Positions 50,341 through 58,739 of a DNA stretch of 64,000 bases are shown piece after piece. Below the pieces are notes generated by a model. The model ran no database searches. It saw only the letters and a list, made by a program, of their open reading frames with translations, and was not told the origin of the DNA. Origin of the DNA: a virus. The stretch is from the IMG/VR virus record IMGVR_UViG_3300042502_000959, positions 3,035 through 67,034 of that record; one strand, given 5' to 3'. The position numbers were made by a program, and so were the translations under genes. Within the stretch, counting starts at the first letter, position 1, and every line of letters starts with the position of its first letter.

Positions 50341-51016
50341 AAATATACCCCCCTCTTTCGGGGCTTCCTAAAATTTCTAAGCCAAACTGCTTAGCTAATT
50401 TCTCAACCATGATTCCAAATTTGCCGTCAAAAGACTTATCAAACTCAAGCACTAAATAATTAATTTTTGCAAGTATTTTTTCGGGGGCATTAATTATAAG
50501 ATCAAACTCTGCACCCTCAATGTCAATCTTCATAACTTCAACACGCTTAATGTTATTCTCTTTAAACAGCTTTTCCAATGTGATTGCCTGGATCTTTGTT
50601 TGCTCAACACCTTCGATTTCAAAAATGCTGCTATTTCCACCACGATTAGTTATTAAAACTTCTTTATTCTCGTGCCAAATTGCTTTATTAATAACGGTAA
50701 CATTCTCTACTGGATTGTCTTCTATGTTTTTCTGCAAAAGAATTAGGTTATGTGGCTCAGGCTCAATAGCAAAGACCCTGATCTTTCTTTTTCTATCTTT
50801 ATTAAAGTTGTCAACAAAAAGACTTACGGAGCCAACGTTGGCACCAATATCAACAAAAACAGCATTTTTATTTTTAGCAAAGTGCCATTGATGAATTCTA
50901 TAAACGTTTTCATTCCAAGTTTCTTCAATAACCTTCCAGTCCAGGTCGTGATCATCGCTTGGATCATGCTCTTCATCTCGCAAATTAAAGACATAGCCGT
51001 TAGTTTCTAAAATCAT
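50318..51016 (-). CDS. FkbM-family SAM methyltransferase
   Basis: FVDIGANVG, AIEP, MKIDIEGAE. Confidence 0.88.
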   Translation of the reverse strand: MILETNGYVFNLRDEEHDPSDDHDLDWKVIEETWNENVYRIHQWHFAKNKNAVFVDIGANVGSVSLFVDNFNKDRKRKIRVFAIEPEPHNLILLQKNIEDNPVENVTVINKAIWHENKEVLITNRGGNSSIFEIEGVEQTKIQAITLEKLFKENNIKRVEVMKIDIEGAEFDLIINAPEKILAKINYLVLEFDKSFDGKFGIMVEKLAKQFGLEILGSPERGGYIYGNRYQN

Positions 51017-51954
51017 AGGTTTAATTCCTTTAAGATATGCTGCCATCTATTTTTATAGGTGTAGTTGTTTTTGACCATGTCGTGACCAGACCTTCTAATT
51101 TCTTCACGTTCTTCTTCGTGCTCTAAATAGTATTCAATTAATTGGTTTAGTTGATCTAAATTATTATACTCATAAAATACTACATGCTTCTTATCTTCAA
51201 ATTCTTTTTCAAGACCTGGGATATAGGGGTGAATCAAGAAGCCACCACGACCAAGGGTTTCGTAGATCCTGTCGGACCAATAGTCTGGGTAGTCAAAGTT
51301 TGGACATAGAGTATCTCCAACTACAATCTTAGTAGAAGCATACAAGTTGTTTAGCTCTTGTCCTCTTACAACCCCAAGCCCTTCTTTTCCATATAAATTA
51401 AACCTTGCTCCATATGTCTGACTTAAAAAATTAATAAGCTTTGGTCTATAAGGCCACTCTGCATGATAAGTTTTACTTCCAACAAAAATAATTTCTTCTT
51501 TTGGAATAGCTGGTGTGTAAACACACTCTTTATCATATACCCCAGCTGGTAAGTAGTGACCTTTTACGGATGTTCGTGTATTAAACCAATCAGCCATTTT
51601 GTTATCTACGGTAAAAAAGTGATCTATAAATTGATACACTGGCTTACGCAACAAATCTCTTTGTCTGTTTAGCCCAAGCCAAAGGTCTAAGTGGTAGGTC
51701 ATGCTCGGAACGTTATGTTTTTTTAACTCAATCAGCATGTCTTGCATCGTAAGTCTTCCTGGGGTATCCCAGCCATGAGTATGGACCCAAACAAAAAGAT
51801 CGCTGTTTATTGCATTGTTAAAAATATCTTCAGCGGTTGCTTCGCTTTCTTGCATCCTAACAACCTGATGTCCCATAGACTCTAAAGTTTTTGTGTGATG
51901 TGTTTCGGTACTATAGTCTACTCTAAAATTTCCTAAGAATGTTATTTTTGCCAT
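51013..51954 (-). CDS. Glycosyltransferase (CgeB/Glyco_trans_1_2-like)
   Basis: IIFVGS, WSDRIYETLGRGGFLI, YTYKNRW; start MAKITF at 51954. Confidence 0.8.
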   Translation of the reverse strand: MAKITFLGNFRVDYSTETHHTKTLESMGHQVVRMQESEATAEDIFNNAINSDLFVWVHTHGWDTPGRLTMQDMLIELKKHNVPSMTYHLDLWLGLNRQRDLLRKPVYQFIDHFFTVDNKMADWFNTRTSVKGHYLPAGVYDKECVYTPAIPKEEIIFVGSKTYHAEWPYRPKLINFLSQTYGARFNLYGKEGLGVVRGQELNNLYASTKIVVGDTLCPNFDYPDYWSDRIYETLGRGGFLIHPYIPGLEKEFEDKKHVVFYEYNNLDQLNQLIEYYLEHEEEREEIRRSGHDMVKNNYTYKNRWQHILKELNL

Positions 51955-51967
51955 ACTATTTCCTATA

Positions 51968-52558
51968 TTAGATGCGAATAGCCTTAGCAAAAACAACTCT
52001 AGATGCCATTTTAGATGCTGCAATAATTGCGATAGGAGCAGCAATGCTCAGAACTGTTCCTGCCCACATGCGTGGCTCCAAGTATTCCCATGCCCAAAAG
52101 TCGAGGGTATGGAAAGCATTTGCCAAAACAGCAATGCCACCAAACATTAGCATTCCAACAACAGCACCAAGCGTTTTTTCTGGCTTGCCGTCTTCATTCA
52201 TTCTAGAAGCAAGAACTAGGTATGCAACCAAGAACAATAGGTACATAAGCTCAATAAAGAAAAAGAATAGTCCAGCCATCCAGCTCTGAGAAAGGCCAAC
52301 AAATTCTGCAACAGCTGTAATACCATTAAAAGAGACAATAGCAGAAGAAATAAAGGCAATCCCAATTCCTATAAGCCATGTCCAAAGAATTATCTTTTGA
52401 TCAATCTGAATTTTTGGAGCACGTTTTGATTCCTGTAGCTCATAGCGCTGTCTTTTGGTATCTTCTACACGTCTCACAGTAGCCTCTTGACTGTTTGGAT
52501 TGTTGACTTTATCGGCAAGAACTTGTTGCCTTCTTCTAAATGACATAGGATTACTCAT
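51968..52558 (-). CDS. Four-TM membrane protein (DUF2637-like)
   Basis: Four hydrophobic segments, SF.GI..VA, ANAFH. Confidence 0.65.
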   Translation of the reverse strand: MSNPMSFRRRQQVLADKVNNPNSQEATVRRVEDTKRQRYELQESKRAPKIQIDQKIILWTWLIGIGIAFISSAIVSFNGITAVAEFVGLSQSWMAGLFFFFIELMYLLFLVAYLVLASRMNEDGKPEKTLGAVVGMLMFGGIAVLANAFHTLDFWAWEYLEPRMWAGTVLSIAAPIAIIAASKMASRVVFAKAIRI

Positions 52559-52622
52559 AATGTATTAATTATACCACTAAAGTGTATTAAGGGCAAGGGT
52601 TGTTTTGTATGCTATAATATTT

Positions 52623-52675
52623 ATGCCTGCCCAATTGGGGGGCATTAACTCGCTTAACATAAGGAGATGATATAA
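52623..52675 (+). promoter_or_regulatory. ROSE-like RNA thermometer 5' UTR
   Basis: After TGCTATAAT (52610-18): hairpin 52623-45, then CTC-G-CTTA/TAAG-GAG with UCGCU opposite the SD. Confidence 0.55.
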
Positions 52676-53065
52676 ATGGTTATTACAACACCATTCGGAG
52701 GACTTGGTCTAGATATTGACAAGTTCTTTAGCACAACACCAGCAGCAAACACCTATCCACCATACAACGTTGTCAGGATTGACGATGATAAGATCGTGAT
52801 GGAGTTTGCGGTAGCTGGATTCAAAAAGGACGAGATCAGTATTACTACTGAAAAAAATGTCCTATCTATAAAAGCAGAAAGACCAGACGCTGACGATAAG
52901 AAATACCTACACAAAGGTATTGCTGCTCGTAGGTTTGCTCGCTCATTCTCACTGCCAGAATACTATGAAGTTGATTCGGCTGGATTTGAGGACGGTATTC
53001 TGTATGTTCATTTGGTAAGAGACATCCCAGAAGAAAAGAAACCAAAATCAATTAAGATTGGTTAA
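52676..53065 (+). CDS. Hsp20 small heat-shock protein (IbpA-like)
   Basis: YPPYNV, EFAVAGF, YLHKGIAARRF, FEDGIL, PKSIKI. Confidence 0.95.
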   Translation: MVITTPFGGLGLDIDKFFSTTPAANTYPPYNVVRIDDDKIVMEFAVAGFKKDEISITTEKNVLSIKAERPDADDKKYLHKGIAARRFARSFSLPEYYEVDSAGFEDGILYVHLVRDIPEEKKPKSIKIG

Positions 53066-53175
53066 AAACGATGATATCCTTTAGGTAGCTTGATTTTCCT
53101 AGGACCGCTACCTTGGGATACAACCTGGGCATGTTGGCAAAAGGCCTACCATAATACCTGTGGTATAATAACTAT

Positions 53176-54333
53176 ATGCCATATCATGTTGGAGAAAAGG
53201 GATCTTACGGTTGCTCAGGCTACCCTGCCCTTAAAGACGATGGAACCGTAATGGGTTGCCACACTACAGCCGAAGAAGCTGCTAATCAAATTTATGCCAT
53301 CAACCAGTCTGAGGGAAATATTGAAGCTGGTGTTGGTATTAAAAATCCAGAAGAGTGGCCAGGAACTGCTATAAAGGCAGCAACAGATAAAGACGGCATG
53401 GGTTCTGCTATTGGACAGCCAGAGCCAGCATCTAAAAAACCTTCTGCACTAAAAGATCCTAAGAAAAAACCAAAGGCTAGAGTCGGTGGTGTTGGTGGAG
53501 ATTCTGCTGGTGCAATTGCAACTACAAATGGTGGAACATCTATGGGAACTAAAGCCGATGAAAAGGTTGCTCCTTGCTGGGATGGATACACCCAAAGGGG
53601 GATGAAGCCAGGAGACAACGGACGCATGGTTCCTAACTGTATTCCAGTTTCTAAGGCAGAAGCTCGTATTACTGAGGGAGACTTTGTAAGTGCAAGGACC
53701 ACAGAAGGCATGATCGTTGGTCAAGTAGAGCACGTTATGCGTGAGGGTGGCAGATATGGTGAGCCAGGAAACCCTTACTCTGTTGAGTCTACTCCAGAAA
53801 ATCCAGCGGTAGCTATTAGAATTTTAGAAGAAGACGATGAAGTCTATCACTACACACCATACTCAATTGGTGCGTTGATGTCAGATGTTGAAAGAATTAA
53901 CATGCCAAACATTAGTATGGAAGATTATGAGGATGATGATTATGATGAATACATGGACAAAGCTGAAGGCTACTCTCCTCCTGCTGGGGCTAGGTCTGCT
54001 GCTCGTAGGGCTATCAAGTTCAAAGAAGATGGCAAGGCCACAGGAGCAGGAACTGCAGTTGGATGGACTAGAGCTAGACAGCTGGCTAATGGAGAGACAC
54101 TATCGCTAAGCACTGTAAAGCGTATGTACTCTTACTTCTCCCGCCACGAGGTAGACAAAAAAGGCAAGGACTGGGCAAATCGGGCTAATCCTTCTAACGG
54201 ATATATTATGTGGCTAGCGTGGGGCGGAGATGCAGGATACTCTTGGTCTCGCAGGATCGCTCAAAGAGAAGCAGACAAAGCTTTATTCTCTGACTTTGGA
54301 AAAAATTATACCTCAGTCACAAGATTGATTTAG
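53176..54333 (+). CDS. Modular head-associated/internal protein (mosaic of small phage domains)
   Basis: GCH..A..Q, CWDGY..VPNCIP, Tudor-like EGDFV, and RARQLA..RMYSYFSRH..WGGDAG modules. Confidence 0.6.
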   Translation: MPYHVGEKGSYGCSGYPALKDDGTVMGCHTTAEEAANQIYAINQSEGNIEAGVGIKNPEEWPGTAIKAATDKDGMGSAIGQPEPASKKPSALKDPKKKPKARVGGVGGDSAGAIATTNGGTSMGTKADEKVAPCWDGYTQRGMKPGDNGRMVPNCIPVSKAEARITEGDFVSARTTEGMIVGQVEHVMREGGRYGEPGNPYSVESTPENPAVAIRILEEDDEVYHYTPYSIGALMSDVERINMPNISMEDYEDDDYDEYMDKAEGYSPPAGARSAARRAIKFKEDGKATGAGTAVGWTRARQLANGETLSLSTVKRMYSYFSRHEVDKKGKDWANRANPSNGYIMWLAWGGDAGYSWSRRIAQREADKALFSDFGKNYTSVTRLI

Positions 54334-54335
54334 TT

Positions 54336-54740
54336 TTAATTCATATCTATTAGATATCGAACATTGTCAATAAAACCAGCCCTGACTGCTGCTTTCAACA
54401 TTTTATGAGAAGACGATCCATACTTTGGTAAATCTGAAAAGTAAACAATGTATTGTGTGTCTGGATTTAAAGATTTAATTAAAGCAGCATTTGCTATAGC
54501 TTTTTTAACATTGTCAGTTCTCTTTGCTCCAGGACGCTTCTTCTCTCCCTGCAAGCCACCCTTAGCCTCAACATAAACTTGAGTGCCTCTTTGATCGTAA
54601 GCAAAGTCAACCTCACACCCAGTATCCTCAACCATCACATTCTTTTTTATATTGGTTGTTCCAAATCGGGATAAGTCAGCTAAGACTTTAGACTCAAATG
54701 CATCGCCAGAACGCTTAGACTCTGCCTGAAAGTTAATCAT
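54336..54740 (-). CDS. PD-(D/E)xK restriction-like endonuclease
   Basis: GDAFE, EVDF, YVEAKGG. Confidence 0.7.
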   Translation of the reverse strand: MINFQAESKRSGDAFESKVLADLSRFGTTNIKKNVMVEDTGCEVDFAYDQRGTQVYVEAKGGLQGEKKRPGAKRTDNVKKAIANAALIKSLNPDTQYIVYFSDLPKYGSSSHKMLKAAVRAGFIDNVRYLIDMN

Positions 54741-54922
54741 TTTTCTTCAGACATCCTGTTAATTCCAGCAATGTATCCAGCTTGCCAAGCTTTTATCTCT
54801 GGCTCTGAAGGCAGTTCCTGAAGCGTCTCAATATACTCTTGCATATCTACCTTGGCTTTCTTAATGATAGATGCCGTCTGCCTGTCTAGCTTTCGCTTTT
54901 CTTGTCTTTCAAATTTACTCAT
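54737..54922 (-). CDS. Hypothetical protein
   Basis: 61 aa, leaderless after TTGACA/TATCAT on minus strand. Confidence 0.65.
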   Translation of the reverse strand: MSKFERQEKRKLDRQTASIIKKAKVDMQEYIETLQELPSEPEIKAWQAGYIAGINRMSEEK

Positions 54923-54953
54923 AAATAAATGATACCAAAAAAATAGCGGTATG

Positions 54954-55073
54954 TCAATCTTCTTGAGAAGCTTCTATAATGTCACAATAACAATACTCTT
55001 TATGCTTAATGATATCAAAATAAAGATCTAACTTTAGCACATGCACCTTGCCGCAAACACACTTATATAGCAT
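54954..55073 (-). CDS. Small Cys-rich protein (39 aa; not in ORF track)
   Basis: TGGTAGAAT-5 nt-ATG; MLYKCVCGKVH...YCYCD. Confidence 0.5.
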   Translation of the reverse strand: MLYKCVCGKVHVLKLDLYFDIIKHKEYCYCDIIEASQED

Positions 55074-55116
55074 ACTCAATTCTACCAATGTTTTATGAAT
55101 CTGCTATACTTTTACC

Positions 55117-55275
55117 ATGGACCTAGAAGAAGAGATAAACAACATCTTATTTAATCTTGGCAAAGAGATTAAGATACATAGGGTAGACCAAGAAAATACG
55201 CTTATTGAGATTGAGTATGAAAAATACACTATTGAAATCTTGAGAGTATTCATGAAATACCTGTCAGAAGAATGA
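55117..55275 (+). CDS. Hypothetical protein (52 aa; not in ORF track)
   Basis: TGCTATACT-6 nt-ATG; MDLEEEINNILF... Confidence 0.6.
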   Translation: MDLEEEINNILFNLGKEIKIHRVDQENTLIEIEYEKYTIEILRVFMKYLSEE

Positions 55276-55276
55276 C

Positions 55277-55305
55277 TTGACATCCCCAGACAAATGCCAT
55301 ATAAT
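55277..55305 (+). promoter_or_regulatory. Consensus sigma70/SigA promoter
   Basis: TTGACA-17-TATAAT. Confidence 0.85.
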
Positions 55306-55335
55306 ATAACATAGCTAAAAAATAGGAGAATAAAA

Positions 55336-55590
55336 ATGAAAAACGTTTATAAGAGTATCGTAGTTGCTGTAGTGTTTGGAAACATTATTGCATTCCCAGT
55401 AGTAGCCTATAGCTTTCCATGGGAAACCTATTTAATTGATCCAACTCCCTACTACATTGTGCAGTCAGGCTCTCTTGGATTGCTTATCGCAGCCTGTATC
55501 TTTGTCTATGAATGGGCTAGATATTCAGAGAAGCCTTGGCTAAAAAGAGCTACTACACGTAAGCCAAAAATAAGAAATAAAACTAATTAA
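55336..55590 (+). CDS. Two-TM membrane protein
   Basis: AGGAG RBS, two hydrophobic segments, basic tail. Confidence 0.65.
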   Translation: MKNVYKSIVVAVVFGNIIAFPVVAYSFPWETYLIDPTPYYIVQSGSLGLLIAACIFVYEWARYSEKPWLKRATTRKPKIRNKTN

Positions 55591-55736
55591 TGTTTATTTT
55601 GTATTAATTTGTGGTAAAATAGTAGTACCCCTTTGAGATGGATGTGTCTATCTCAAGGGTTTATAACTTAATAGGGAAACCACCCGCTAACGCTCAACGA
55701 CCGAGTACTAACTACCAAGGAAAGGTAGGTCGCCAA

Positions 55737-56495
55737 ATGAAAAGAAAAAGGTTCATAGCAATTGGTATGATTGCACTAGTAATGACAACTGGTACTGGAG
55801 TAGCTTTTGCAGCTATGCTAGACGCAAGTGAGTCATCGAACAAAGAACTACCAGTAACACAAGTAACAAAGCCAACACCATTAATTGATTCTCCAGTAAC
55901 AACAGAAGTGGTTCTTTCGGGACCAGTTCGTTCAATTGAAGTTTCATCAGGCCCAGTGCTTAGGTCAGACGCTCCAAAGGTTGGCTCGCATGATTGGATG
56001 GCTCAGGTAAAAGCTGCAAAAGATAAGCTCAAGGCTCAGGCTGAGAAAAAGCAAAATGAGCTAGAGTCAAAGATTGCTAGGCTAGAGAAAATTGCTGCCG
56101 ACACCAAAGCCCTGAATGAGACTCTTGTCTTAGTTAAAAAACAAATTGGCATCACCCCTTGGGTTTTTCAGGGATCTGACACACGCTCCTGGGATTGCTC
56201 TGGTCTGGTCAAATGGACTTACGCTCAGCTTGGAATAGACCTGTATCACAGTGCCACATGGCAAAGATATTGGGGTGCAATTGTGACTGAGCCTAAAATT
56301 GGAGACCTAGTGTCATTCAATTACCAAAACCATTCAAGTGCCTACCACATTGGAATCTATATAGGCCCTGACGAGATGATTCATGCTGGTGGTAAGCCAG
56401 GGGACAGGACTGAGATAATTTCTATAAGCGACTGGGCAAAAGATAACTCTAATAGTGATGTTATTTATACAAGAATAATTGAAACAAATAATTAA
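55737..56495 (+). CDS. Secreted NlpC/P60 peptidoglycan endopeptidase
   Basis: Signal peptide MKRKRF..VAFA, coiled coil, WDCSGLV, YHIGIY, MIHA. Confidence 0.9.
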   Translation: MKRKRFIAIGMIALVMTTGTGVAFAAMLDASESSNKELPVTQVTKPTPLIDSPVTTEVVLSGPVRSIEVSSGPVLRSDAPKVGSHDWMAQVKAAKDKLKAQAEKKQNELESKIARLEKIAADTKALNETLVLVKKQIGITPWVFQGSDTRSWDCSGLVKWTYAQLGIDLYHSATWQRYWGAIVTEPKIGDLVSFNYQNHSSAYHIGIYIGPDEMIHAGGKPGDRTEIISISDWAKDNSNSDVIYTRIIETNN

Positions 56496-56514
56496 ATAAT
56501 GCTATAATAAAATC

Positions 56515-56796
56515 ATGACTACTCACTCTCTAATCACTCTTAGCAGTTCTGCTGCTACCCTTTTAACTCCTAATGGAGTTCACTCTGGAATGGACGTTAC
56601 CATTCAGAATATTCACGCCTCTGCCTATGTTTATATTGGTGGAGAAGGTGTAACAAGTTCTTCTTATGGATACCGCTTAAGTCCTGGATCAGCTATTTCT
56701 TTTGAGCTTCCAGGAACAGATGCCTTATATGCAATCACTAACACAAACAGCTCTCAGGTTGCAGTTATAAAGACTAACCTAGAGGCTGGTCACTAA
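56515..56796 (+). CDS. Small beta-rich protein (possible virion decoration)
   Basis: VTIQN..YVYIGG..VT.S.YGY motif; leaderless. Confidence 0.6.
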   Translation: MTTHSLITLSSSAATLLTPNGVHSGMDVTIQNIHASAYVYIGGEGVTSSSYGYRLSPGSAISFELPGTDALYAITNTNSSQVAVIKTNLEAGH

Positions 56797-57242
56797 TGGC
56801 TAGACTTAGTGGTGGTTCTGGCAATGCTGTTGAGTCAAACGGATCTTGGAACCCTAACTTTACAGATGCTTCAGGAACGCTTGCAGGAATCACTGCTACT
56901 GGAAACTACAATCGCATCGGCAACATGGTATTTTTCTGTGTGAGCGTAATATTCAATGGTTATACAAACCTAGGTACTGGCCAGTATCAGTTTGATTTAC
57001 CATTCCAGCCAAGACAGACCTTTACTTCTCGTGGAGGAACTCTACACAACCCCAATACTGATTCTAGGTATCACATTGCTTCTATCGTAGACATTGTGGC
57101 TGAGGGGCCAAATGCAAAAGCAAAGCTTTACTACTCAGGCAGCACTACTGATCTTGCTTGGAAGTACAACACTCCTGTCAGCTGGGCACATAATACCGCC
57201 CACTTTGACATGTCTGGTTTCTACGAAATACTGCCTTCTTAA
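56796..57242 (+). CDS. Tail-fibre-tip-like beta protein
   Basis: GSWNP..GNYNRIGNMVF..LPF..SGFYE pattern. Confidence 0.55.
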   Translation: MARLSGGSGNAVESNGSWNPNFTDASGTLAGITATGNYNRIGNMVFFCVSVIFNGYTNLGTGQYQFDLPFQPRQTFTSRGGTLHNPNTDSRYHIASIVDIVAEGPNAKAKLYYSGSTTDLAWKYNTPVSWAHNTAHFDMSGFYEILPS

Positions 57243-57276
57243 AGGATATTTTATTCTAAGGTATCTTAACCTTTAC

Positions 57277-57305
57277 TTGACATCCATCCCCATATCCTGT
57301 ACAAT
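57277..57305 (+). promoter_or_regulatory. Sigma70/SigA promoter of putative B12 operon
   Basis: TTGACA-17-TACAAT, ATG 6 nt downstream. Confidence 0.8.
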
Positions 57306-57311
57306 ATAGGT

Positions 57312-57527
57312 ATGACAAATACTGATGATGGAATCGACGATTATTTTAACAATCATTGGCTTAACAACCAATCCATTAACCCACAAGATCGGGTTTCTAT
57401 GCATATCCAGAATATTGCCAAGGTAAAGCAAGAAGAGCAAGAACGCATCATTCAATTGCTTGAAGATAATCTTGGTAACATGGACCTAAACGATTTACTA
57501 AAACTAATTAAGGAAGAAACAAAATGA
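57312..57527 (+). CDS. Hypothetical protein
   Basis: 71 aa, EQERIIQLLE motif. Confidence 0.65.
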   Translation: MTNTDDGIDDYFNNHWLNNQSINPQDRVSMHIQNIAKVKQEEQERIIQLLEDNLGNMDLNDLLKLIKEETK

Positions 57528-57985
57528 ATAAGGCAACTATAGCAATTGGAGCAGTTCTGGGTATTCTGACAACTGGAATTGTATTTCATAATGTCAATGC
57601 GGACTGTGTTAATGTCTATGTAGACTATGGGACACTTAAAAATAATGAAAAGATTGAAGAGTGTATTGCGGTAAATGGAAAAACTAATGCCTTGGATCTA
57701 TTGTCTACCGCTGGGTTTACCACAGAAGGAACTGTAGAATACGGCGAAGCAATCCTTTGTAGGTTAAACAATCTTCCAGATGCCACAGCAGAGACTTGCG
57801 AGAGTATGCCGCCAGCCGAGTCTTACTGGGGTGTCCTTGTAAAAGAACATCAGGTTGTTCCAGTTCCCCTTGGAATCACTGGGGCATGGGGATGGGCCCA
57901 AACAGGCATTGATGGTGTATACTTGAATCCTGGAGATTCGCTAGGGCTAGTCTTTGCAGATAACGGAGAAGTAAGATTTCCATGA
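57524..57985 (+). CDS. Secreted/anchored DUF4430/transcobalamin-C-like (putative cobalamin-binding) protein
   Basis: N-terminal hydrophobic helix; VYVDYG, NALDLL..AGF, ILCRLNNLP, YW, W.WAQTGID..LNPGDSLGLVF beta-grasp pattern. Confidence 0.55.
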   Translation: MNKATIAIGAVLGILTTGIVFHNVNADCVNVYVDYGTLKNNEKIEECIAVNGKTNALDLLSTAGFTTEGTVEYGEAILCRLNNLPDATAETCESMPPAESYWGVLVKEHQVVPVPLGITGAWGWAQTGIDGVYLNPGDSLGLVFADNGEVRFP

Positions 57986-58152
57986 AAACAATAACAGATA
58001 AGTTTGATGCAATTATTGAATATCAAGACTTTAAGAAGCAAAGCTGGATAGAGGCTACCACGCCCTACCTCCAGGTTGCTTTTAGCCTTCTTGCACTATT
58101 TGCATCTAACGATCTGTTGGTTACAATCTGGCGTTCGATGACGGGACACTAA
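57982..58152 (+). CDS. Small single-TM protein (56 aa; not in ORF track)
   Basis: ATGA overlap upstream, TAATG coupling to pduO; YLQVAFSLLALFA..LLVTIW. Confidence 0.6.
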   Translation: MKTITDKFDAIIEYQDFKKQSWIEATTPYLQVAFSLLALFASNDLLVTIWRSMTGH

Positions 58153-58739
58153 TGGTAAACCTAACTCGAATTTATACTAAGACTGGTGATGATGGCACTA
58201 CCTCTTTGGGGGACATGAGTCGTACATCAAAGAATGATCCAAGACTTGAGGCTTTTGCCACGGTAGACGAAGCCAACTCTGTCATCGGAGTAGCCATTCT
58301 ACATGTAGTTAACCAAGACGTTAGGAATATCCTTAATCAGATACAGAATGACCTGTTTGATGTAGGAGCAGACTTATGTACACCAGTGATAGATAATCCT
58401 CCTGTAGAGCCTCTGAGAGTTACTGAGGGCCAAGTTAGCAACCTTGAGTCCCAGATAGACAGATTCAATGCAGAGCTGGATTCTCTCAGGTCTTTTGTTA
58501 TTCCTGGAGGAACTGCCTCATCTGCCAACCTGCATGTTGCTAGGACTGTAGCTCGTCGTGCAGAAAGACTTACCTGGAATGCTATTCACCAATTTGGCGA
58601 GGGTGTAAGTAAACTAACCGCAAAATATTTAAACAGACTATCAGACCTACTATTTGTATTAGCTAGGTATGAGAATAAGTCCGTAGGAGACGTCTTATGG
58701 GTTCCAGGAAAAAATACATTAGGAGAAACAAATGGCTAA
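58152..58739 (+). CDS. pduO: ATP:cob(I)alamin adenosyltransferase, PduO type
   Basis: IYTKTGDDGTT, VDEANS, QNDLFD.GADL, FVIPGG, RTVARRAER, YLNRLSDLLF. Confidence 0.95.
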   Translation: MVNLTRIYTKTGDDGTTSLGDMSRTSKNDPRLEAFATVDEANSVIGVAILHVVNQDVRNILNQIQNDLFDVGADLCTPVIDNPPVEPLRVTEGQVSNLESQIDRFNAELDSLRSFVIPGGTASSANLHVARTVARRAERLTWNAIHQFGEGVSKLTAKYLNRLSDLLFVLARYENKSVGDVLWVPGKNTLGETNG

